A stretch of DNA of 64,000 nucleotides from Octopus vulgaris (taxonomy: Eukaryota). A model generated the notes under the pieces. That model was given only the letters and a program-made list of their open reading frames with translations. It was not told where the DNA came from and ran no database searches. The stretch lies in NCBI GenBank assembly GCA_951406725.2, contig OX597826.1, positions 64,108,001 to 64,172,000 on the forward strand, written 5' to 3'. Positions 14,740 to 27,559 of the stretch are shown here, one piece after another. How positions within the stretch are numbered: the stretch's first letter is position 1; every line of letters begins with the position of its first letter. Both the position numbers and the translations under genes were made by a program.

Positions 14740-14920
14740 ACGTAAACTATATATATATGTGCATGATTGTGTTTGTCCCCTTGTCACCGCTTGACAACCG
14801 GAGTTAGTGTGTTAACAGTTCGGCAAAGGAGACTGATTAAATAAGTACTAGATTTTAAAAAAGAAGGCCTGGGAGTCGATTTGTTCGACTAAAACTCTTG
14901 GAGGCGGTGCTCCAGCATGG

Positions 14921-14957
<37 letters not shown>

Positions 14958-17900
14958 CTCTCTCTCTCTCTGTAACAAATTATGTGTAACGGGCGGTACT
15001 TTATCTTTTTCCTATAACAAATAAGATTAGGGAATTGTACACTGCTGCTTTTTCGAGTCGAGAGCATCGAGGGAACTAGGCGAACAGAGCACCTCCATTT
15101 AGGGACAAGAATGGGCTCGAATCTGAGTTGTGGTTACAGGCAGTAAGCATTTAGTTACTGTCTTACTTGATACCACTCTTTAGTATCTGAATTATCGTTA
15201 TGTTTACAGATGGATATTGTCAATCCAAAATATTTAAAACACTCGAACTCCGAGACGCCTGCAGACTGGAAAAGTGAATATGTCCCGATGAGTTTCGGTT
15301 CCACTTTCCTCTTAGTAAGCCTGACAGTTTCGTTTTGTCCACACGAAAGACATAAACGTCCACAATTTATTTTTTCCTTAACTACAGATTCGAAGTTGTG
15401 TCCATTATAAACCAGTGTATGTTTCTTTGTTGGGAAAATTAAAAAAAGAAAGCAGCAAACCCGTTTTGTAAAATATAAGAGGACAGTATGATGTAGTATT
15501 TGTTTATCAAATTCGTCCCAAAACATTGAGAGGTAAAGTCTGCTATACACACACGTGTGTGTGTATGTATGTATGTATGCTGGACTGCTGGAATCTACAA
15601 GTTTTTTTTCATTCTCTCTGTTTATTTTCCCTTATTCCTTTTTGTTAAAAGAGCGTAGGGTCGAAACGTAAAAATAGAACTCAAAACGTGAATTTTTATT
15701 ATACGGGTTAAAATTTTTTTTTTGTTAATAATCAGTAGAAGTTACAGTGACTAAAGGGCCGAGAGTTTCATGCGTTAATTTCTGTCAATTATTAATTAAA
15801 AACCGTGTGTCTCTGTGTGTAAACCGTGTCCCGCATGGAGGAATGAAAGCTCAGCATTTTTAAAGGTAAATTGGCCCATTTATAAGTTTCATTCCACTTC
15901 TCTTCAATATTAAAGACCTAGAAATGAAAACCCGCTCCTTCTCTTATCTGAAACGGAAAGTGAACTGAGCTTTGGTTCCTTTTACGTATACATTAACAGG
16001 TAGTATTTAATCGTCTGAATTTATGAGTAAAGGAACTGAATTCAGGCCTGACTTCCAGTTTTGCGAATTCAACTAGTACGGACAATGCAAACGAAAATAA
16101 AACTTTGGAATGATGCAAGAAAGTATTACACTCTGAATATTAATGGTAAAGATAAAATGACAGCTTTTCCCCGTCCCCAAATTTTAGTGGATAAGCAGGA
16201 CTGGGTGTTTATACATAGATGGTTGTTTTAGGCTCAGCCAAAGAAAACCAGTCTACATGGATGTTACACGTGTCTAAGACATCATTTCATCTGAGTTTTC
16301 TTTTTTGCTCGTTATTCTCTCCTCCATGCTCTCCTCTTAATATTTTCTTAATACTTCAGAATACTCCAATATTCTTCAACTTTGTCCTCAACTGGATTGT
16401 GTGGATTTGTGCATTTGAAAATTTCCTGGATATTACTGTGGGATGATGTTTTACGAACACTGACATTGATTGTGCTGATAACATCACAATAATTGGTGAA
16501 AACTATGTGAATATCCAATCAGCCATTGAAAGCCTCAGTTAATCGAAGTTTTTGAACTCAGACATATCTCATAGGTGAGACCCTATCATCATCATCGTTT
16601 AACGTCCGTTCTCCATGCTAGCATGGGTTGGACGGTTCGACCAGGGATCTGGGAAGCCAGAAGGCTGCACCAGGCTCCGGTCTTATCTGGCAATGTTTCT
16701 ACGGCTGGATGCCCTTCCTAGCACCAACCACTCCGTGAGTGTAGTGGGTGCTTTTTACGTGCCACCTGCACTGGTGCCAGGCGAGGCTGGCATCGGCCAC
16801 GGTCGGATTGGTGCATTTTATGTGCCACCTGCACGGAAGCCAGTCGAGGCGGCACTGGCTTCGGCCACGATTCGGATGGTGCTTTTTATGTGCCACCGAT
16901 GCAGAAGCCAGTCGAGGTGGCGCTGGCATCGGCCATGATTCGGATAGTGCTTTTTACGTATCTCCAGTCTAGGGGTCCTGGCATCTGCCGGGTGCCAGTC
17001 ATAGGATTGGTTCAATTTCGATTCCGATTTCGATTTCACTTGCCCCAACAGGACTTCGCAAGCATAGGTGCCTGTCGTCGGATGAGGTTCGATATCGACT
17101 TCGCTTGCCTCAACAGGTCTTTGTGTGTCCAAGGGAGGAAAGGCATGCATAATAGGGCTGGACTCACTTGTCCTGCCTGGTCTTTTCACGCACAGCATAT
17201 TTCCAAAGGTCTCGGTTGCTGGTCATTTCCTCATTGAGACCTAAAGTTCGATATTGGAATTTAGTTTGCATGCAGAAGATTCCCTTGAGGAAATTTGAGC
17301 TCATGACCTCCAAGCAAGTAGTTATATCACTTCTGTTCAGTTGCAAATACCTCCCCTTGACTGCTTGCTGCATTTTTTTCATACTGCTACTGTCATTTGT
17401 ACCATCATTATCAGTAGTCAAGCTTGAAATTAATTCATAAAACTTTAGGAAGTAGTTAATTCAGGTGCGTATATATTTCATGCAAGTGCTGTAGAGTGAT
17501 GGTAAACTCCGTCTGCAATGCAGGTTCAGTTCCTGTTTGGAAAATTTATTTTACTCTTTCTTTATATCTGCAATTTCTAGTCCTTCAGGCTGACTTGGGC
17601 TTCTAATACACTACTTGAAGATAAATAAAGCAGTAGGTGATGACTCAACAAACTATCAAATTTGGATTGATTTTAATGCATGCACCATATAGTGGCAGTG
17701 TGCACCTAGTAAGTTGAATTTACTTAAATGATTTAGTTACTAGTTAAGCAATTTTATTTCACTTGACTTGCATTGTTACAATTTTTATCCATTGTCATTA
17801 GCCTCGAGCAGGATAAACTTTTAATTAAGCTAAAACATGAGACAGGGTGGATGGAACCTCTGTGCACTTACTCAACCTTCTAGAATTAGCACCAAATTAT

Positions 17901-20900
17901 CATTAAACAACACCCTATTTACTTACTTAAACTCTTCACTCACTATGGTACTGAGGCCATCAAAAACTTTTCCTCACTGATCTTGACTTTAGGCTGTCTT
18001 CCTCTCCCAGGCCTTGTTGGTTTTGAATTATTGTCAATGCTTCTCTAACGTCGCTTTTTTCTTAGTAGGAGTGTTGGTCGTGCACGAATTCATTTTTACC
18101 TCTAGGAAGATGTGGCCCACATTAGTTTGGCCTCTGTCCTTTGACTTGTCCAGCCTGAGAAACCCTACTAGGAGCTTACACTCCACTGCCATATCTCTCA
18201 GGATCATTGAGGTACACAACCCACCATGCTGCAACAAGGACTGGACCTTGTGCAGGGAACAACAACCCACTAACCCCCCCCCCCCCAAAAAAAAAAATCA
18301 AAATCAAAGAAAGAATATCCTGTTTGGATTGCCTTTTGATCTTAGGTCTGCTCTCTGACTTTTGACTTTGGGTTAAACAACTACAGTATAAAAGGGCATT
18401 TTCATTCAGTGTCTGTCACTGGAATCAGGCATGAGCAACTGTGCTTGAGAAGCAGGTTGCATGGGAATTGGTTCATCATCAGGTGGGTAGCTCTACTGAC
18501 AAAATTCAATGTAAAATTTCAGAAAGTCCTATGGGTCACATGTGGTTTGTGTGCCACAGCTTTTCTCATGATTGACTTTTATACTGTGAATAGGAGGAGG
18601 TTTGTTTCTTTCTCTCTAATATTTTTTCTCTCAATTTGGAATTTAGAATTGGTAAAGTTGGTGTTTTCATAAACCAAGATACAATTGTATTGAGCCTGAA
18701 ATTGGAATATAATAAAAGAACTAAAATTTTGTTTATGAATTAAAATCTGATTTTTAGTTTTGATTTGGTTTTTACTCCTTACCCCTTCTGGTTTTTTCTT
18801 CTTTTTTTTATGCGGTTCAAAGTATGCGTGTATTGATGAATGGTCAGTTATGACATGATGCTAGAGTCTGGGGGTTTCAGTGTTTTACTAGTAATTACAT
18901 AAGATTATCTAATTGGAGTAAATTAGTCTGCAGTGAGGAAATCATAAAGTTCTAGGCAAGTCCATTAATGATAAAGGTAAAATAATTCAATCCAGGCTAT
19001 ACTTAAGAAGACCTGCCCACTACGAGAATTGAAATCCTAAAACCATGATGCTATGTAAAAGGTACAGGTGCTTGTGCCACTTAAGCACTTGTGATGGTGC
19101 CACATTAAAAGCACCCACTATACTCTGTGGAGTGGTTGGCATTAGGAAGGGCATCCAGCCATAGAAACCAGGCCGAAACAGACTGGAACCTGGTGCAACC
19201 TCTGATCTTTCCAGTACTTGTTAAGCTGTCCAACTCATGCCAGCATGGAAAACATATATTAAATGATGATTTTGTGAACTTGTACTTACTTTATACAGAC
19301 TGTTGCTAATTTACATTTACAGATAGCAAATGAATGGCAAAGTTGATAAGGTATTGGAGAGTTTGTAGCAGGTCATGAGGTTTTCATTACCAGTTACAGA
19401 CATTAAGTTGTGTCTCCAGGCAAGAAATGTAACCCTTTCATTACTGTTTTCCTATTGAAATTCACTGTCATACACAGTAATAAAATATCAGATACTGTTT
19501 TTCAATGCTAATAATGTATATCTGAAGAGAATCTGTGACTTTGCTAGAATGTTGGAATCTTCTTCAGTTTTCATGCTGTAGCTATGAATAACTTCACTTT
19601 TGGGATGCAAGCTATTGTTGAAATGTTACCTCTCTGCAAAGTTTTTTGTTTTTATTTTTGGTATTCTGAAAATTGCAGTGTAAAACAACAGATACTTTTG
19701 TTCGTGGGTTGCTTTTTTTCTGTAGAATTTCTCTTTTTTGAGTCTACCATTGTTAAGTTGCAGCCAACTTGGACAATTGGGCCCCATGATTTAGGTCCTG
19801 TAGCTGGTGCTTACCAAATCTTTCCATGTATGATTAAATAAAACTAGTCAGGTAAATTACTGATGATAGAGGGTGCACTATATAATTAATGTGTATTTTG
19901 TATTGCTGAGTTCAAATGCAGTTTGGCGCTCTCTTTGACACAATTCTGGAATCTCCAGGGTAGGTGGAACTTTGTAGCCCTAAAAAGCAATTCAATGTAA
20001 AACCTACAACTTGCTGGTCACTGGTCCACTGTGGTCAGACCTCCAAGTCTAAAGAGTGGGATTGGACTGCACTGACTGGCTCAGACTTTAAAACCTAAGT
20101 GCAAGCAGGAAGAAAAACCCTGTAGTGTCAACGATTAGTTTACACAATAGCTTGAGGACCTGAAGAAACTGCCATCACTATTGAATTCAAATTCAAGCAT
20201 GGGCCTGCAGAAGTCAACAATTAGCTGCTCTGTTATTCATCTTCAGGTACTTACTATTGAATCAAGGTCCTGGTTTTGATTGGCACCGGTCTTGAATGAC
20301 TAGCTTGCTGTTCTATGTAAGTTCATTATCCATAGGCATCTATCACTAATGGACATATTACAAGACTGTCAAGCTTCTATGAAGTTGCTTGATTGGCAAC
20401 AAATACCTGTCAAATCTCATCCTGGCACCTAAAAAAAAAAAAAGAATGAGTGCTACATTGTATAATATAGTCCTAAATAGACCACACCTGAAAAAGAAAA
20501 GAAAAAAGGACAAAATGGACATGGTCACATTGATTTTGGTCATAGATTATGGCTGACCGGGTGCTAAAAAACAAAAACTACTCAGCTGTGAAAGATCTCA
20601 TGGTGAAGACGATGTGGTTTAGTCGCAGGTCAACCCTAACTGAGCAAACTTGTGAGCAAAAGCATTCTAGTTTATTTTTCTGAAGACAGTTGGAGATTTG
20701 GTTGCTATTTCTGGTGTAGTGAGTGAATCCATATAAAGCTCGTTCATTGATTTGTAATAGTGAGTAAGGTTGTGTTAGTACCATTGATGATGATAGTGGT
20801 AGTATCATCATTGCCTTCATCAGTGTCTGTATCAAACTTTTCATCTACCACAGCATGTACTTGATACAGCTTTGATAGTGAATTCATCCTGCATCATCAC

Positions 20901-23272
20901 ACAAAGCCCATTGAAGCTATATAAAATGAGATTTGAATGCACTACTGTGAGTGCAGGAGAGTTAGCTATGCAGTTCTCTAAGGGCTTTGAGTAAATGAAC
21001 TGTTTATCTACGTATGGTACCTCTTTACAACTAAGTGGTGGGCAGCTGTTTAAGAATAGTCAGAATTGCAGTGTAGGAACAGAGACTAATTGTGATCTGT
21101 GAAACCTGAATATAAGTAAAAGCATTGTGCACAAGGCGTAGCTGTGCGATTAAGAAGTTTGCTTTGTAACCACAGTTTCAGGTTCAGTCCCACTGTCTAG
21201 CATCTTGGACAAGTGTCTTCTACTACAGTTCCCAGGCCAACCACTGTTTTGTGAATGAATTTGACAGAATCTGTGGAAGCCAGTTGTCTGTGCACACACA
21301 CACACACACACATGCTTGTGCATATATGTATTTATGTCCCACTCTCTTCTAACACTTGGCAACTTGTGTTGGTTTGTTTACATCCCTGTAATGTAGCAGT
21401 TCAGTTGATGAAAGATAGAATAAGTACCTGACTTAACTCTTGAGCATTCAGATTACTTTGCCAAATATAATGATTATTTATTTACATAGTAATTAGTCCT
21501 GCATTATTGCAGAGCTTCAAGAGGTTGGTGATATGATTATTTATTTTTAGAATGACATTGTAGGATAGGTGTGATAGGCTGGATCTGACTGGTTTAAACA
21601 TAAAACGGCTTGAATATTAGGGCCTGATAAGGCCGTTTAAATACCAAAGGGTTATAAGTAACAAGTACTGGAGGAGATTCAATTTCCCTCTTCAAGGCAT
21701 TACCCCAGCATGGCCACAGTGCAGTGACCTAAACAAGTAAAAAGTAAAAGCAAAAAGATAAATAAACAGTTTCAATTAAATTCATTAACAAATTGATCTT
21801 GTGTCTTTGGTTAGGGTTTATTTGAGGGTGACAATGTTGGCATTCATTGAGTTAAATCACATTCCAAACATTACCATTTTGTCATTCTTTTTTAATGAGC
21901 CTTCTTCTCAATGGGCCTATATTACATGCTTTAATGTGCACTTAAAACTTCTGTTTAACTGCTGAAATTGGGTTGTATCTAATACGCCTGGGCGTCTTTT
22001 ATGCCATCCAATATAGTAGTAACTTTTGATTTGATTGGATGGGAAGATTACAATCTATACATTAGAAGTCAGTTTCAGTCTTGCTTGCTTGCTTGCTTGC
22101 AATGTTACCCAGGCAAATAAGCGCATAATGGGAAAATAGTATGAATTAAGTTTACCCTGAAATGTTAATGGGAATGGAATGAAACAATTTTTCGCGTGAA
22201 TTGGAGCTGTAGTTATTGAGATATTCGGGGTTTGGGGTATAAATACTCACAACGGTGCATAACGTGAAAATGTCCTGAAGTTAACTTCATTCGGGAAGGG
22301 AAGAAACTCTAACCTTTCGATTAGACTGATTTGACAACTAAAATATATGATTTGTTTTTTTTTACTGTAAATATATATACATACAATCTTCGACAGAGTA
22401 ACAGTCATATATACAGCTTGAACAGACATACATATCAGTACATAAACATACGTTTACATATACACACACGCAGACACGTCTACACAATTACATTGGTAAA
22501 TTCTCACATGGAAAGCAAACTTTAAATGATGATGATATATATATCTTTGTGTGTGTGGACATCATAGAAATTTAGAAACTTCAAAATAACTCTATTTTTG
22601 GAGTGGTGAAAGATGAAGCTAGTGTTAATATTGAGTGGCTTTTTGGAAAGACAAGCTTTCAACTTATACTATCCAAAGGTTTTTTTAAAAATGATATTTA
22701 CACTCTTATTACTCTATTATTTATAGCTTTATCCGCTTTATATACTTCGTCTTCTTTTCATTGGATATATTTATATATATATATAAATATTTAAGTAGAT
22801 AAATGAATTATCTTATTACGGATAATTCGAAAGATAACCGATACCTGGGTAGCAAACTCACAACAGAAAGAACACGGTTGAAGTTACGACCATAGGGCAT
22901 ATACTCTGTGCCTTAGTGTGGAAATTTGAAGTTTAATTTAATATTATAAGTATAGGAAAGAATGGAGCTGAGCGAAGATTTAACAAAATTCCTTTATTTT
23001 ATTTTCGACATATGTTTCGAAGTCTGCAAAATTCCTAATTCTGAATGAATAAGGAGTCCATTATGCAGCTTTCTCATCAGGAGAGAAATAAGTACTAGGC
23101 TTCCAAAGAATAAGTCCTGGGGTCGATTTGCTCGACTAAAGGCAGTGCTTCAGCTGCATAATGGACTCCTTATTCATTCGGAATTAGGAATTTTGCAGAC
23201 TTCGAAACATATGTCGAAAAGAAAATAAAGGAATTTTGTTAAATCTTCGCTCAGCTCCATTCTTTCCTATAC

Positions 23273-23309
<37 letters not shown>

Positions 23310-24035
23310 TCTTCATTTAGCATCTGCTTCCCTTGTTGGCATGGCTTGGACAGTTTGACAGGAGGTGGCAAACCAAGGGTCTGCACCAAACTTCACTATA
23401 TGTTTTGGTATGGTTGTCCTTCCTAACACACACACACGTACGCACACACACACACACTCTCTCTCTCTCTCTCTCTCTTACTTTCTGTTTAAAAGTACCC
23501 ATTTATAGTGTAAGCAGTATGCAACATGTGTTCAACTCAAAAATTGTAACCATTCCATCTCTAATACTTCTTTTAATAAATACATAGGTGTGGACATAAT
23601 AAATATCGCAAACTTTCGTCCTCTCCTTTCTTCGCCATAGTATACCATAAAAACCCATGTAATTTGCACATCTGTGTAATTTATGCAGGTGATTTTCAGG
23701 ATAACATTTATTAAAAAAAGCTTCTACTCATGTAAAATTCACACCCAAAAGTTTTCAGAATTGCCAATATAACCAGGGGTAAAAGGTTTTCAATTTAGTT
23801 GTATTTAGCATTTCATTTGCTTATCTTTTTTACTCTTTTACTTGTTTCAGTCAGTTGACTGTGGCCACGCTGAAGCACCGCCTTTAGTTGAGCAAATCGA
23901 CCCCAGGACTTATTCTTTGGAAGCCTAGTACTTATTCTATCGGTTCTTTTGAAGAACCGCTAAGTTACGGGGACGTAAACACACCAGCATCGGTTGTCAA
24001 GTGATGTTGGGGGAGACACAGACACACAAACATAT

Positions 24036-24104
<69 letters not shown>

Positions 24105-27100
24105 TACGACAGACTTCTTTCAGTTTCCGTCTACCAAATCCACTCAAAAGGCTTTGGTCTAGGTGAGACTTTCGTAGAAGACACTTGCCCAAGGTGCCAC
24201 GCAGTGGGACTGAACCCGGAACCATGTGGTTGGTAAGCAAGCTACTTCCCACACAGCCACTCCTGCGCCTATTATGATTAGATTTTATTAAATTTTCAAT
24301 AAATAAAAATAATTTCTGTTTAACAGGTATCACATTGAAAGCTATTAAATTACAAAATGTTTGTGTTGTTTATAATAAACTTTATTTTACATTTCTTGCC
24401 CACAAGAGATTATGTCCAATCTTTAGCATACTGCTGTGTGTGTTCTCAAATCACAATCTCAGGAGAAGTTGTTGATAAGAATTACTAACAAAAACAAAGC
24501 TGATAAATATGCACAGGTGTTGCAAATTATGTTTAATTACCAATAAACATCAGCTTGGATGATGCTTTACTCAACCGACAGAGGAAGGTGACCGATCAAA
24601 CTGATTATATAAGCAGAAATCTTTTACACCTACTGTTGTCGGAACCTTTGATACGGAGTATCAAAATTTTAATCCGTTTCACACTTATAAAATGCTAAGC
24701 AAATTTTAAAATTTGTCATTATACCATTATTGTCAGTATGGGCAAGACTTATTGTTTACTGCGAAGGAGAAATTAAATATGTTGAATATGCATTTGAACG
24801 TGACAGTAGATCTGCTGGAAGGTTTTTAATGTTAATGAAGCCAATGTTAGAAATTGGCATAAACAATACGACAAACTAGTAATAAACAGACAAAAATAAA
24901 AACATGCGATTACGATTATCCACATCATTACATTTTTTCTGTCAGGAATAGCCATATCACCATGTATGTCAATGGTGCTCCATTGCAATAGGTAGAAACT
25001 CCAAGCAATGTAAAATATGGCCCAGACCATGTTTACCACTATGAACGTCAGACTTCAAAAAGTAGTTGACCATTTAATGGTTTTAGTAAATTTATACAGA
25101 AAAGTACTCATTATATGAGGTCGTCAAGTATGAAATTTGTAGTAAGGCATATGGTAAACTTTGACAGCTGCTCATTTTGTGTCATTATTATATTTTGACA
25201 ATCTTTATTTTTTTATTAGAAAGCTGACACATCTATTTCTTTATTCTAACTCATTTTGCACTTTATAAAGTATTTATAAATCGTTTTTTGCTATTTTTGT
25301 TTCGAGATAGCTAAGTCGGAAATTCATACAGTTTTGAAATATGAGTTCTTTCTCGGAAATACAGCATCACAGACAGCTTGGAATATTAATGGAGTATTTC
25401 ATTCTAATGTTATTACACAGCAGATAGTATCAAATTGGTTTGCAAAATTTCATTCTGGTAACTTTGACCTCACAAATAAGCAACGCAGTCAACCAGAAAC
25501 AAAGGTGGATTATGATGTAATTAAAGCCACCGTCGAGTCAGATCCATCTCAAAGTGCCTGTGAATTATCATTGTTGTTTGGTGTTAGCAAGCAAACGATA
25601 TTGACTCACCTAGTTCAAATTGGTAAAGTGAAAAAGTTGGATAAGTGGGTTTCACATGAACTCAATGGAAATCAGAAACAGCAATGTTTGGGAGCCGGCA
25701 TTATGCTACTTTCTCATCACAAAAATGAATCATTTTTGAATTGAATTGTAACATGTGGTGAGAAATGAATCCAATACAACAACTGTAAATGTTCAGCTAA
25801 ATGGTTGGACAAAGATAAGCCACCAGAACACAGTCTGAAAAGTAAAATTCATCAAAAGAAGTTGATGGTGTGTGTTTGGTGGCCTGGCACAGGTGTGATC
25901 CATTATGATATCATTAAACCTAGCTCATCAATCATGGCCAAAGTATATTGCAGTTAGCTGGACTGAATGATACAGAAGCTTACAAAAATACAGCCTAGAT
26001 TAATTAGTCAACAAATCCACTCCTATTTTATTGCAAGATAATGCCAGACTACACATCTCAAAATGGCATTGGCGAAACTACAGGAGCTGTAAGTTTTCTA
26101 TCATCCACCATGCTCACCTGATCTTGCCCCCACTGACCACCACTTCTTCCAGAATTTGGATAATGTTTTGATAGGAAAAAAATTTAATTCTGACGATGCT
26201 GTAAACCAGGCCTTCCAAGATTTTATTGACTCTAGATTGCCAGGCTTTTACAGTTACAGGCTGGACGGGCTACAGCTGAAATGGCAAAAGTGTATTGACA
26301 ATATGGGTGCATACTTTGATGAATAAAACTATTCCGTGTATTTATAAAACATTAGCAAACTTATTTCTTTTCTACAAATTTTATACTTGACGACCTAATA
26401 CCGTCCAGCATAAATAAAAGTCAACTTCATTATATTTGTTCTGTAAAAACCTATTCTGACATTAAATGAGTCAACTTCTGGTACGAATGTTTACGTTTTG
26501 TGCAACTTTTTTTTCAACCAAAGAATTTTCAAAAACAACTCTGGAAATGATCTACTCATGTAATTTACACACACACCCTAAAGTTTATTTCTATTTTTGC
26601 CCCCCCAAAAAAAGTGTGTAAGTTACATGAGTTTTTATGGTACTTGTGTCGGTGGCACATAAAAAAACACCATCCGAGCGTGGCCGTCTGCCAGCCTCGT
26701 CTGGCACCTGTGTCGGTGGAACATAAAAAACACCATCCGAGCGTGGCCGTCTGCCAGCCTTGTCTGGCACCTGTGTTGGTGGCACATAAAATCACCCACT
26801 ACACTCTCGGGGTGGTTGGCGTTAGGAAGGGCATCCAGCTGTAGAAACACTGCCAGATCTGACTGGCCTGGTGCAGCCTTCGGGCTTGCCAGACCCCAGT
26901 TGAACCGTCCAACCCACGCTAGCATGGAAAGCGGACGTTAAACGATGATGATGATGATGATGTAAAGTTTCTTGAATTTAATTTATAATGCTAGAGACGA
27001 TGATCTCCTGGGGCTACAAGCTACAGTAACACCCACCCTTAGTGGTTAGCCATATTGAGATGGCTAGTATACGTTACATTGTCGTGCAGTTACTGTTTAC

Positions 27101-27514
27101 ATCTCGTTCCGAGATTTATTATTACATTTTTATCCTTTTCATTTTATGTTCCAGAAATTATGCAAGATATTAATCGCCATCATTTGTGTATGTATGAAGC
27201 CGATGGCCCTGCAAAGCGGAAGTCCTTCATTATATTCCAACGTGCATTGTTAAGGTTCCAGGAAATAGGGGACGAAAAGCTAAACATGATGACCCTTATT
27301 ATCGATCTAATTGAGAACCGGTCCCGGCAGCTGGAACAAGACCGAGAAAACCTAGGTAAGTCACATTTCTATGTTTTTTTCTTTATATGAATAATATCTC
27401 TGCTTCATATTGCTAATTATTCAATCAACTGAAGAGAGAAATTTCAGTTTGACAATATATAAACAAAAATATTGGTAAACATAAAAAAAATGTGTGTGTT
27501 TCTGTATGTACGTA

Positions 27515-27559
<45 letters not shown>

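Larger units (their letters stand above)
23645..26640. mobile_element. pogo/Tc2-like TIR element carrying a nested SINE and a nested mariner
   Basis: ta-CCATAAAAACCCATGTAATTTGCACA ... TGTGTAAGTTACATGAGTTTTTATGG-ta. Confidence 0.7.

Noticed and set aside
16615-17237. Overlapping GC-rich ORFs (also 61295-61819, 26565-26925)
   Set aside because: They lie wholly within multi-copy SINE-like repeats
26650-26800. Short spaced repeats resembling a CRISPR array
   Set aside because: Internal tandem units of a SINE with no unique spacers; eukaryotic context, no cas genes
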